DNA of 64,000 nucleotides. Origin: Bacillota bacterium. GTDB taxonomy: Bacteria; Bacillota; Clostridia; Peptostreptococcales; Anaerovoracaceae. The DNA lies in the NCBI GenBank assembly GCA_030525285.1, contig JAUNFA010000004.1, forward strand, positions 50,928-114,927. Direction: 5' to 3'. The position numbers and the translations under genes were made by a program. Under the pieces are notes generated by a model. The model was not told where the DNA came from. It did not search any database and saw nothing but the letters and a program-made list of their open reading frames with translations. Below, piece by piece: positions 9,861-18,629 of this stretch (positions within the stretch are counted from its first letter, which is position 1; each line of letters opens with the position of its first letter).

Positions 9861-10559
9861 CTATCCTACGAATTCATCAATACATCTGTCATATGCAGCT
9901 ACAGGATCATCTGCAGCAGTAATGCTTCTGCCTACTACAATGTAGTCAGAGCCCAGTTCCTTTGCTCCGGCAGGAGTTGTAACTCTTGCCTGGTCTCCCT
10001 TGCTGTCATCTGCGAACCTTACTCCCGGAGTAACTGTCAGGAAACTCTCACCGCAAAGTTCGTGAACAGCCGGCGATTCAAGCGGTGAACATACCACACC
10101 ATCAAGTCCGGCTTTTTTTGTATTGAGAGCATAGTGGCTTACCACCTTCTCCATATCTTCATTAATGAGAAGGTCCTCAGTCATTCTCTCCTGTGTAGTT
10201 GATGTAAGCTGTGTTACCGCAATGAGAATAGGTCTTGTACCGTCTTCCCTTGTGAGACCCTCAAGGCCTGCCTCCATCATTTTAACAGTGCCTCCTGCAT
10301 GAACATTGCACATGTCAACGTCCAGCTTCATAAGCACGTTCATTGCCTTTTTTACCGTATTCGGAATATCGTGAAGCTTCAGATCCAGGAATATCTTATG
10401 ACCTCTCTCCTTAAGCTTTCTTACCATATCAGGTCCTTCGGCATAATAAAGCTCCATACCGATTTTGACGAAAGGTCTTTTGTCACCGAACTTGTCGAGA
10501 AACTTCATTGTCTCTTCAGCCGATGAAAAATCGCAAGCAATTATTACATCCTTACCCAT
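9861..10559 (-). CDS. pyrF: orotidine 5'-phosphate decarboxylase
   Basis: Motifs FLDLKLHDIPNT and a C-terminal IVVGR. Confidence 0.9.
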   Translation of the reverse strand: MGKDVIIACDFSSAEETMKFLDKFGDKRPFVKIGMELYYAEGPDMVRKLKERGHKIFLDLKLHDIPNTVKKAMNVLMKLDVDMCNVHAGGTVKMMEAGLEGLTREDGTRPILIAVTQLTSTTQERMTEDLLINEDMEKVVSHYALNTKKAGLDGVVCSPLESPAVHELCGESFLTVTPGVRFADDSKGDQARVTTPAGAKELGSDYIVVGRSITAADDPVAAYDRCIDEFVG

Positions 10560-11470
10560 TAATGTGCACCTCCTGTTATTTCACTTAAGCTACTAATTCC
10601 GTACTTTGCCATTACATCCGGCAAATCATTTATTATGTCTCTGCAGACATATGGATTGACAAGATTCGCAGCACCTATCTGTACAGCTGTTGCTCCTGCC
10701 ATCATCATTTCTATTACCTGTTCTGCTGTGGATATTCCGCCTATGCCGACAATAGGCATATCTACAGCTTCATATACCTGGTAAACCATTCTTAATGCCA
10801 CAGGGAATATGGCGGATCCTGAGAATCCTCCCATTTTGTTGGCAATTATCGGTTTTCCTGTCTTCAAATCTATTCTCATGCCCAGCATCGTGTTGACAAG
10901 GGATACGCCATCGGCTCCACCTCTCTCACATGCTCTGGCTATTGCCGTAATATCCGTAACATTCGGGGAAAGCTTGATAATCACAGGTTTTCCCGTAGAT
11001 GCCTTTACAGTCTCGGTTACTTCCTGAACTACTGCAGGATCCGTTCCGAAAGCCATACCTCCGTCATGAACATTAGGACATGATACATTCACTTCAATCC
11101 AGCCGATATTCTCGCAGCCGTCCATCATTCCAGCAACCTTTCCGTAGTCTTCCACCGATGAGCCGCCAACGTTGGCCATTACAGGCTTATTGAAGACCTT
11201 TCCCAGTGTTGGAAGTTCCTTGTTAATTACTGCATCCACACCAGGATTCTGAAGACCTATGGAATTAATAAGTCCAGCTTCACATTCAGCAATTCTCGGA
11301 GTCGGATTACCGAATCTCGGTTCGAGAGTCGTACCTTTGAAGCTAAAGGATCCGAGAATGTTAATATCATAAAGCTCTGCGAATTCATATCCGTATCCGA
11401 ATGTGCCGCTTGCCGCCATAACCGGATTCTCCATTGTAATTCCACAGAGATTAACTTTCATATCTACCAT
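10559..11470 (-). CDS. pyrD: dihydroorotate dehydrogenase B (NAD+), catalytic subunit
   Basis: Class 1B DHODH motifs (GLQNPG, NVSCPN, GGI). Overlaps pyrK by 7 nt. Confidence 0.9.
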   Translation of the reverse strand: MVDMKVNLCGITMENPVMAASGTFGYGYEFAELYDINILGSFSFKGTTLEPRFGNPTPRIAECEAGLINSIGLQNPGVDAVINKELPTLGKVFNKPVMANVGGSSVEDYGKVAGMMDGCENIGWIEVNVSCPNVHDGGMAFGTDPAVVQEVTETVKASTGKPVIIKLSPNVTDITAIARACERGGADGVSLVNTMLGMRIDLKTGKPIIANKMGGFSGSAIFPVALRMVYQVYEAVDMPIVGIGGISTAEQVIEMMMAGATAVQIGAANLVNPYVCRDIINDLPDVMAKYGISSLSEITGGAH

Positions 11471-12201
11471 ATGATTTCACCCCTTTCAAGCACAGGACCG
11501 TCCTTGCAGATTCTCTTGTTCCCGTATTTAGTCTTGCAGGAACATCCCATACATGCTCCGAATCCGCATCCCATTCTCTCTTCAAAACTGAACTGACCTT
11601 CTGCACCTTCAGCCATAACACTGTCAATTGCCTTTAACATAGGTTCCGGACCGCATGCAAAAACATGTGAATATTCCATATCCTTAAGACAATCAGTTAC
11701 GAATCCGCGAGTACCCATACTGCCATCTACAGTCGTTACATGAACCTGTGTTCCCAGCACCTTAAGTTCCTCAATGAGGAATACCTGACTGCTGTCATTA
11801 AACCCTGCAATAACCTGAGGAGTGATTCCTGCTTCAATAAGCTTCTTTGCAGTTCCATACATAGGTGGAAGTCCTACGCCGCCGCCTATAAGCACAGGAT
11901 TATTGCCGCTCTTTGAAATATCAAATCCATTGCCGAGAGGCAGAAGTATATCCAGTTTCTTTCCTGTATCGAGTGACGTCATATGCTCTGTGCCTGAACC
12001 TACAACCTTGTATATAATTGTTACGGTTTTGTCGTCCCAGTCTGCAACGGATATAGGTCTTCTCAGATAAAATCCATCCAGCTTGATATTAATAAACTGA
12101 CCCGGCTTCTCAATCAGAGACTCATCATCTTCCAGAACCATTCTATAAACGTCATCTGTCAGCTTCTCGTTTTTTATTATCTTCAATTCCTTCTGTTTCA
12201 T
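11464..12201 (-). CDS. pyrK: dihydroorotate dehydrogenase electron-transfer subunit
   Basis: FAD/NAD-binding reductase fold with a C-terminal 2Fe-2S motif CGFGACMGCSC. Confidence 0.9.
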   Translation of the reverse strand: MKQKELKIIKNEKLTDDVYRMVLEDDESLIEKPGQFINIKLDGFYLRRPISVADWDDKTVTIIYKVVGSGTEHMTSLDTGKKLDILLPLGNGFDISKSGNNPVLIGGGVGLPPMYGTAKKLIEAGITPQVIAGFNDSSQVFLIEELKVLGTQVHVTTVDGSMGTRGFVTDCLKDMEYSHVFACGPEPMLKAIDSVMAEGAEGQFSFEERMGCGFGACMGCSCKTKYGNKRICKDGPVLERGEIIW

Positions 12202-13395
12202 CTATTTCTCCTCAAACCTGCTATATACCACCTTGCCGTCTACAACAGTCATGACACATCTGCCTTTGACTGTCATGCCATCAAAAGGTGTACTTCTTCC
12301 TTTAGTCTCGAACTCTTCAGGATTAACGGTATATTCCTCTTCCAGATTCCATATTGCAAATGACGGAGCATCGCCTGCCAGTATGTGTTCAAGGTCGGGA
12401 GCATCAAGTCCGAAGCGTTCTCTCGGATTGATATACATAAGTCTGACAAGCTGATCCATGTTGAGAATTACCGGTTCTACCATGTATTTGTACATTACCG
12501 GCATACAAGTCTCAAGTCCCACTATTCCGAAGGCTGCCCCTGACATGCCCCCATTTTTTTCTTCTGCAGAATGGGGAGCATGATCCGTTGCGATCATGTC
12601 TATAGTTCCATCTTTGAGACCTTCAATAACAGCCAGTCTGTCTTCTTCCTGCTTAATAGGCGGATTCATCTTGAATCTGCCATCGTCCTCTATGTTATCC
12701 CTGTTGAATACCAGATAGTGAGGTGCAGTCTCTGCTGTCACATCAAGGCCCTCTGCCTTAGCCTGACGTATCAGCTCTACTGATTCCTTAGTGGACACGT
12801 GACACATGTGATATGCACATCCTGTTTCTCTCACAAGCTCCAGGTCACGCTTAAGCTGCATCCATTCAGCTTCTGAACTTTCCTTGGGATAATTCTCATC
12901 TTCACAGTGAGCTACGATAAGCTTATTAAGGTGTTTTGCTCTTATCATAGCATCCCTCATCAGCTCATCATCCATGACACCTTTGCCGTCATCTGTGAAT
13001 GCTATTACATCACCGGCCATACTCTCAAGGTCAGCTCCTTCTCTTCCCATCTGTCCTATTGTAATGGCACCATATGGATACACGTGAACACATGCATCTT
13101 CTGCGATTGCATCCAGCTGAACTTTCAGATTCTCAGTACAGTCAGGTACAGGCTTAAGATTCGGCATGGACATTATGTCCGCGAATCCCCCTGCCGCAGC
13201 CGCCTTTGTACCCGTCGCCACGGTTTCTTTATACAAAAAACCCGGTTCTCTTAAGTGCACATGCACATCTGTGAAACCGGGTAAAATACAAAAATTATTA
13301 AACAAACGAATGTCAATTCCTAAGGCTGATAACTTCTCACATTCAGCCATTGTCAACTCTTCAGTTCTCGCAAAATATTTCTTGATTTCCTTCAT
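12202..13395 (-). CDS. pyrC: dihydroorotase
   Basis: Amidohydrolase metal motif DVHVHLREPG, plus downstream HCED and DHAPH motifs. Confidence 0.9.
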   Translation of the reverse strand: MKEIKKYFARTEELTMAECEKLSALGIDIRLFNNFCILPGFTDVHVHLREPGFLYKETVATGTKAAAAGGFADIMSMPNLKPVPDCTENLKVQLDAIAEDACVHVYPYGAITIGQMGREGADLESMAGDVIAFTDDGKGVMDDELMRDAMIRAKHLNKLIVAHCEDENYPKESSEAEWMQLKRDLELVRETGCAYHMCHVSTKESVELIRQAKAEGLDVTAETAPHYLVFNRDNIEDDGRFKMNPPIKQEEDRLAVIEGLKDGTIDMIATDHAPHSAEEKNGGMSGAAFGIVGLETCMPVMYKYMVEPVILNMDQLVRLMYINPRERFGLDAPDLEHILAGDAPSFAIWNLEEEYTVNPEEFETKGRSTPFDGMTVKGRCVMTVVDGKVVYSRFEEK

Positions 13396-13437
13396 ATTTT
13401 ATTTCCTAAATCTTACTTACAAAATTTTATCCTTAGT

Positions 13438-13466
13438 ATTAAACCACAAGGCCGAAGCTAAGTCAA
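13438..13466 (-). promoter_or_regulatory. candidate pyr operon promoter
   Basis: Minus strand: TTGACT (13466-13461), 17 nt, TTTAAT (13443-13438). Confidence 0.45.
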
Positions 13467-13547
13467 GAAAATATTTATATCAATGTGGGAATAATATTTG
13501 TATTCATCGGGAATAACGTTCGTGTCCTTCCCTGCGATTTGTTAATG

Positions 13548-14129
13548 CTATTTCGCAAGCCCCTGAATGCTGTAAATCTGGTCAGCTGTGATAAAAGGCA
13601 TTGCAACCGATTTGCTGAATGCATCCAGTACTATCCCGTCAAGATTTTCTATCTGATGAGCCATGTCCAGTGCTTCAACAGTAGGCATTGACATGAGATT
13701 GTGGCTGGTACCGAATTCCTTTGGAATCTGTCCTATCTGTGAGAACATAGGGAAGAAATTCTTTTCCTTGGCCTGAAGAATCTCCGGAACCATTTTGATT
13801 TCTTCGTTGGTTTCGATTTCTTCACCGTCAGCAGCATTTTCAATTCTCGCTGCGTCTTCCTCGCTCATTTCTATTCTCATGGGAACGATAACCTTGGAAT
13901 CCTTCATGCATTTGAGAAGAGCCACCAGATTTTCCTGATTCTTCTCTTCAGCGAAACGGCTCTTTAGGGCTACCAGCACATGTCCGTCCTCAAGCTCCTT
14001 AGCCAGCTCTGCCGCTTCCATTCTATTATCTCCAAAAGGAAATTCAGGTAACCCTTCAGGATTCGCAAAGGGTGCCGGTGCTCCTGTTCTGTCAATGGTC
14101 CTTTTTTCTTCCTTCTTTTTTTTGCTCAT
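13548..14129 (-). CDS. hypothetical protein, possibly SseB-like
   Basis: I take the start at ATG 14129 (MSKKKKEEKRT...). The longer ORF-track form (to 14333) would run antisense through the ilvE start and promoter. The central NLVALLKCMKDSKVIVPM pattern recalls SseB-family proteins, from memory only. Confidence 0.35.
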   Translation of the reverse strand: MSKKKKEEKRTIDRTGAPAPFANPEGLPEFPFGDNRMEAAELAKELEDGHVLVALKSRFAEEKNQENLVALLKCMKDSKVIVPMRIEMSEEDAARIENAADGEEIETNEEIKMVPEILQAKEKNFFPMFSQIGQIPKEFGTSHNLMSMPTVEALDMAHQIENLDGIVLDAFSKSVAMPFITADQIYSIQGLAK

Positions 14130-14292
14130 AATCCTATGATGTCCTTTCTTATGCTTTGTATTTTCTATTCTACTATTTTTGTGACATCTTTTCAATTTTG
14201 TAGTATAATATTTGTTGTTCTTTACAAGAATAAAACAAAAAATTTGCGGATTTATTCCGAAGATTAATAAAAAAACTGAAAGGATGATTAAC

Positions 14293-15318
14293 ATGGCCAA
14301 AAAAAATATTGATTGGGCAAATTTGAGTTTCAATTATCAGCCAACAGTTGCCCGCTTCGTATCAATGTACCAGAATGGTGCATGGGACGAAGGTAAAATT
14401 ACAGACGATCCTAATATCGTGATGAATGAATGTGCCAGCGTGCTTCAATACGCACAGACTGTTTTCGAAGGTCTTAAAGCATATGATACAGAAGACGGCA
14501 GAACAGTCCTCTTCCGCCCTGATCTTAACGCGGCAAGACTTGCTGATTCAGCCAGAAGACTGGCTATGCCTGCATACGACGAAAAAAGATTCGTGGACAA
14601 TGTAATAGAAACAGTTAAGGCTAACTCTGAATATGTTCCGCCTTATGGCACAGGTGCTTCTCTCTATGTAAGACCTTACGAATTCGGTTTCAGTCCTGTT
14701 ATCGGTGTTGCTCCTGCAGAAGACTACATGTTCAGAATTCTGACTACACCTGTAGGTCCTTATTTCAAAGGCGGCGTTAAGCCGATTTATATTAGGGTTT
14801 CGGACTACGACCGAGCTGCCCCTCATGGCACAGGTCACATTAAGGCCGGCCTCAACTACGCAATGAGTCTCTTCCCTATCGTTCAGGCTCATGAAGAAGG
14901 CTTCGCAGAGAACATGTATCTCGATGCTGCAACAAGAACAAAGGTTGAGGAGACAGGCGGCGCCAACTTCCTTTTCGTAACAAAGGACAACAAACTGGTA
15001 ACACCAAAATCCGACAGCATTCTTCCTTCAATTACAAGAAGATCCCTGATTGAAGTTGCTGAGAAGTACATGGGTCTTGAAGTTGAACACAGAGAAGTAT
15101 ACTTCGACGAAATCAGAGACTTCAAAGAAATCGGTCTTTGCGGCACTGCTGCAGTTATTTCACCTATCGGCAAGATCAACGATCACGGCACTGATATTGA
15201 GGTTCCAAGCGGCATGGACGAAATCGGTCCTGTACTCAAGGAACTGCGCCAGACTTTGGTTAACATTCAGGAATGCCGCATCGAAGGACCTGAAGGATGG
15301 ATAGTAGAAGTTAAATAG
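14293..15318 (+). CDS. ilvE: branched-chain amino acid aminotransferase
   Basis: Class IV aminotransferase pattern (VFEGLKAY, GTGHIKAGLNY, EETGGANFLFV). Start set at ATG 14293 (MAKKNIDW), with an upstream GAAAGGA. Confidence 0.88.
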   Translation: MAKKNIDWANLSFNYQPTVARFVSMYQNGAWDEGKITDDPNIVMNECASVLQYAQTVFEGLKAYDTEDGRTVLFRPDLNAARLADSARRLAMPAYDEKRFVDNVIETVKANSEYVPPYGTGASLYVRPYEFGFSPVIGVAPAEDYMFRILTTPVGPYFKGGVKPIYIRVSDYDRAAPHGTGHIKAGLNYAMSLFPIVQAHEEGFAENMYLDAATRTKVEETGGANFLFVTKDNKLVTPKSDSILPSITRRSLIEVAEKYMGLEVEHREVYFDEIRDFKEIGLCGTAAVISPIGKINDHGTDIEVPSGMDEIGPVLKELRQTLVNIQECRIEGPEGWIVEVK

Positions 15319-15342
15319 ATTTCTTAACTTAGGCAAAGCATC

Positions 15343-15370
15343 AGAGTCGGGCATGTCCCGACTCTTTTTG
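15343..15370 (+). terminator. Rho-independent terminator after ilvE
   Basis: AGAGTCGGG-catgt-CCCGACTCT followed by TTTT. Confidence 0.75.
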
Positions 15371-15421
15371 TAACTTAGCAACAAACGCCATTATCAATAT
15401 TGTAATCAGGAGAACACTTTC

Positions 15422-16393
15422 ATGAAAAAAGTGAAACTAGGAAATACAGACATTATGGTATCACCCGTAGGCTTCGGCGTTCTGACGGTAGGTGCAACCC
15501 AGCTTAATATGCCGGTTTCAGATGGGGCGGCTCTTATTAAATATGCCCTGTCAAAGGGCATAAATTTCTTTGATACTGCTCAGTATTACGAAACATACCC
15601 CTATCTTCGCGAAGGGCTGAAGGACGTGGATATCACTTCTGCCAATCCCAGCAGACCTGTCATATGCAGCAAGTGTCTGGATTCAACTTACGAGGACATG
15701 GATTATGCAGTCAAAGAAGCCCTCCGTGAACTTAATACGGATGTCATAGACATTTTCCTTCTTCATGAAATCAGATCTGAGGAGGATTTCAGATGGCGCG
15801 ACGGTGCCCTGCAATGTCTCAGAGACTACAAGGCCAAAGGTGTTATTACCGCCATAGGCTTGAGCACCCATCACATCGATGTAACCTTACTGGCTGCCGA
15901 TGAGCCTGACATTGAAGTCGTTTTCCCTTTAATAAATTATGCTGGTCTGGGCATTAGACACTATGATAATCCGGGAACTGCTGATGACATGGCTCATGCC
16001 ATTGCTGCATGTCACAGAGCAGGTAAAGGTGTTTTCACTATGAAAGCCTTCGGAGGCGGCAACCTTACCGGAAATTATGTTAAAGCACTGGAATATGTAA
16101 GAAATCTTGAAGGGGTTGATTCCATAATGGTTGGAATCGGAGATTTCGATCAGATTGACAGACTGGTTGAATTCGCAGAAGGAACTCTGGACGAGAATTA
16201 TGTGCCGGATATAAGCCGCAAAAAAATGTTCGTAGAACCCGGCAATTGCATTGTATGCGGTGCATGCGCCCGCAGATGTCCCAACAATGCAATCACCATG
16301 GGTACCTACATGGCCGAAATCGACCATAGCATATGTCTTACATGTGGCTATTGCGCACCTGCTTGCCCGGTACGCGCTCTTATCATGCTTTGA
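15422..16393 (+). CDS. aldo/keto reductase fused to a C-terminal 2x[4Fe-4S] ferredoxin domain
   Basis: N-terminal AKR pattern (GFGVLTVG, FFDTAQYY, LLHE) plus C-terminal CIVCGACARRCP and CLTCGYCAPACP. Confidence 0.75.
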   Translation: MKKVKLGNTDIMVSPVGFGVLTVGATQLNMPVSDGAALIKYALSKGINFFDTAQYYETYPYLREGLKDVDITSANPSRPVICSKCLDSTYEDMDYAVKEALRELNTDVIDIFLLHEIRSEEDFRWRDGALQCLRDYKAKGVITAIGLSTHHIDVTLLAADEPDIEVVFPLINYAGLGIRHYDNPGTADDMAHAIAACHRAGKGVFTMKAFGGGNLTGNYVKALEYVRNLEGVDSIMVGIGDFDQIDRLVEFAEGTLDENYVPDISRKKMFVEPGNCIVCGACARRCPNNAITMGTYMAEIDHSICLTCGYCAPACPVRALIML

Positions 16394-16424
16394 TTATTGT
16401 TTTGGACTTTAAGGAATCCTTCTA

Positions 16425-16886
16425 TCAGGATTCCTCAGTCAAATCTACCTGACATGAATGATCATCTTCTTCCCTGTCCGGATCGAAGCCCTCAAGAGCT
16501 TTGTAGGTTTTGCCCGTCTTCTGAGCATAGTCATAAATTGCAGATTTAATAGCATGCTCTGCCAGTACCGAACAGTGAATCTTAATGGCCGGAAGTCCTC
16601 CAAGCTCATCAATAATCTGCTGATTAGTAATCGTAAGAGCCTCTTCCACAGACTTTCCGATAATCATATCCGTTGCCATACTTGACGATGCTACCGCAGT
16701 GCCACATCCGTAAGTCTTGAACTTGGCATCTGTGATCTTTTCATTTTCATCAATTTTGAGAGTTATTAACATCATGTCTCCGCATACAGGGCTGCCATAA
16801 GTGCCGGCTCCGTCTGCGTCAGGTATTTCTCCAACGTTGTGTGGATTGAAGAAGTGATCCATTACCTTATCATTATATAGTGCCAT
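16425..16886 (-). CDS. nifU: Fe-S cluster assembly scaffold protein NifU/IscU
   Basis: Scaffold cysteines in GSPVCGD, GCGTAVASSS and IHCSVLA. Follows nifS with a 1-nt gap. Confidence 0.9.
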   Translation of the reverse strand: MALYNDKVMDHFFNPHNVGEIPDADGAGTYGSPVCGDMMLITLKIDENEKITDAKFKTYGCGTAVASSSMATDMIIGKSVEEALTITNQQIIDELGGLPAIKIHCSVLAEHAIKSAIYDYAQKTGKTYKALEGFDPDREEDDHSCQVDLTEES

Positions 16887-16887
16887 T

Positions 16888-18075
16888 TTATTCCCATCCT
16901 TTCATTCCCGCTACCGGCGATAACTCTCTGAGTTTGGATGTTATCGTCTTCATTGCGTCAACTACATAGTCAATATCTTCCTTTGTTGTAAAATCTCCTA
17001 CTGTGAATCTGACAGTGCCATTGCTCTTGACAATGCTCACACCTGCAGCAGTAAGAACGTGTGACGGCTCCAAAGACTTAGATGAACAAGCCGAGCCTGT
17101 GGATACGCTTATACCGTACTTCATGTCCAGCATGAGCAAAATCGATTCAGCCTCTATATAGTCAAAAGAAACATTCAGATTACCGGGATGTCTCTTCCCA
17201 GACTCAAGGTCTTCCGGACCGTTAAGGCTGATATCCGGTATATTGAGTTTCAGCTGCTCCCAGAAATAATTTCTCAATTCCCTGCAGTGCTCAATATGTC
17301 TGTCGAGATTTGCCGCCGCAAGTTCTGCCGCTTTACCGAATCCGACTATTCCGGCTACATTCTCAGTTCCCGCACGATGCTTTTTTTCCTGAGCACCCCC
17401 GTGCATGAACACATTGATTCGCCTTCCCTGCCTGATATAGAGCGCCCCCACACCTTTGGGACCATAAATCTTGTGTCCCGACATGCTGAGGAAGTCAACT
17501 CCCAGTTTTTCAACATCAATAGGCATGTTACCCAGACCCTGAACTGCATCTGTATGAAAAAGAATCCCGTGCTTTGATGCTATCTGTGCCAGTTCTCTGA
17601 TTGGTTGGACAGTACCGATTTCGTTGTTTACCATCATTATGCTCACAAGTACCGTCTTATTCGTGATTGCCCTCTCCAAATCTGCAGGATTAACGAAGCC
17701 CTCATTATCCACATCTAGATACGTTACCTCAAATCCATGTTCCTCAAGGTATTCACAAGTGTGCAAAATCGCATGATGCTCTATCTTACTTGTGATTATA
17801 TGGTTTCCCTTTTTCCTTAACTTATCCGCAACGCCCTCCAATACCCAGTTGTCTGCTTCAGTCCCACAGGATGTGAAGAATATTTCAGAGGGCTTCGCAT
17901 TAATAAGTGTCGCCACCTGTTCTCTCGCCTTATCCAATCCATTACCTGCCGCAAGTCCTGCTGTATATAAACTGGAAGGGTTGCCGTAAACTTCTGTAAA
18001 ATACGGAAGCATAGCTTCAACCACCTCATTCTTTACCGGTGTCGTCGCTGAATAATCCAAATAAACCTGTCTCAT
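16888..18075 (-). CDS. nifS: cysteine desulfurase NifS
   Basis: Class V aminotransferase with PLP lysine SGHKIYGPKG and active-site loop STGSACSS. I prefer ATG 18075 (MRQVYLDYSATTP), with AAGGTGG 6 nt upstream, over the GTG at 18084. Confidence 0.9.
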   Translation of the reverse strand: MRQVYLDYSATTPVKNEVVEAMLPYFTEVYGNPSSLYTAGLAAGNGLDKAREQVATLINAKPSEIFFTSCGTEADNWVLEGVADKLRKKGNHIITSKIEHHAILHTCEYLEEHGFEVTYLDVDNEGFVNPADLERAITNKTVLVSIMMVNNEIGTVQPIRELAQIASKHGILFHTDAVQGLGNMPIDVEKLGVDFLSMSGHKIYGPKGVGALYIRQGRRINVFMHGGAQEKKHRAGTENVAGIVGFGKAAELAAANLDRHIEHCRELRNYFWEQLKLNIPDISLNGPEDLESGKRHPGNLNVSFDYIEAESILLMLDMKYGISVSTGSACSSKSLEPSHVLTAAGVSIVKSNGTVRFTVGDFTTKEDIDYVVDAMKTITSKLRELSPVAGMKGWE

Positions 18076-18113
18076 GGTTACCACCTTTCATTTCCTATCA
18101 TTCTTATATGTTT

Positions 18114-18142
18114 AATATATACCATTGTGGTAGTATTTGCAA
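18114..18142 (-). promoter_or_regulatory. candidate nifS-nifU promoter with a palindromic operator in the spacer
   Basis: Minus strand: TTGCAA (18142-18137), 17 nt, TATATT (18119-18114). The spacer is ATACTACCACAATGGTA. Confidence 0.45.
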
Positions 18143-18143
18143 C

Positions 18144-18188
18144 ATAAAAAAACGGAGGTTGTTACCATAGGCCATGACATCCTCCGTT
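18144..18188 (-). terminator. Rho-independent terminator after the DUF896 gene
   Basis: AACGGAGG ... CCTCCGTT stem (18151-18188), with a T7 run on the minus strand. Confidence 0.7.
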
Positions 18189-18238
18189 TTCTTGCTAAAT
18201 CTTGTGAGATTTACTGCTGAATCATATCAGCGTTACTG

Positions 18239-18478
18239 TTAATTCTGCTCGCATTCAATTACTTCAACCTCTTCAACCTGAATCTCTTCCAGCTCTTCTT
18301 CAGTTAAATCCTCAACGAATTTCACTCTTTCCATCTGCTGACGGAAGTTAGCTCTGAATCCATCCAGATACTCCTGTCTCAGCTTAGCACGCTCTTCCTT
18401 CTCCAGATCTGTAAGGCCTACAGTCTTATTCTTGTGAGCAAGTTCATTTATTCTATCTATAGTTTCTTTCTTAATCAT
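18239..18478 (-). CDS. DUF896 (UPF0291, YnzC-like) family protein
   Basis: 79-aa helical protein. The pattern INELAHKNKTVGLTDLEKEERAKLRQEYLDGFRANFRQQ is typical of UPF0291. Confidence 0.75.
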   Translation of the reverse strand: MIKKETIDRINELAHKNKTVGLTDLEKEERAKLRQEYLDGFRANFRQQMERVKFVEDLTEEELEEIQVEEVEVIECEQN

Positions 18479-18629
18479 ATCCCTACCCTTTCATTGTTAT
18501 TTATACACCAACTATATATTAACCAAACAAATTCTCTGTGTCAATATTCGTAATGACTTAATTGGCAAAATGTGTTATTATATTACAAGTATTCGTTTAA
18601 AACTATCATAAGAAGGAGATATTCAAATA

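Noticed and set aside
13396-13437. Possible PyrR-binding attenuator upstream of pyrC
   Set aside because: The predicted leader is only about 35 nt. I see no PyrR binding-loop motif or terminator/antiterminator pair, and no pyrR gene is in the window.
14130-14333. Long form (261 aa) of the ORF 13548..14333, with a hydrophobic N-terminus
   Set aside because: The extra 68 codons overlap the ilvE start and promoter on the opposite strand. The internal ATG at 14129 gives a compact gene with a normal divergent intergenic region.
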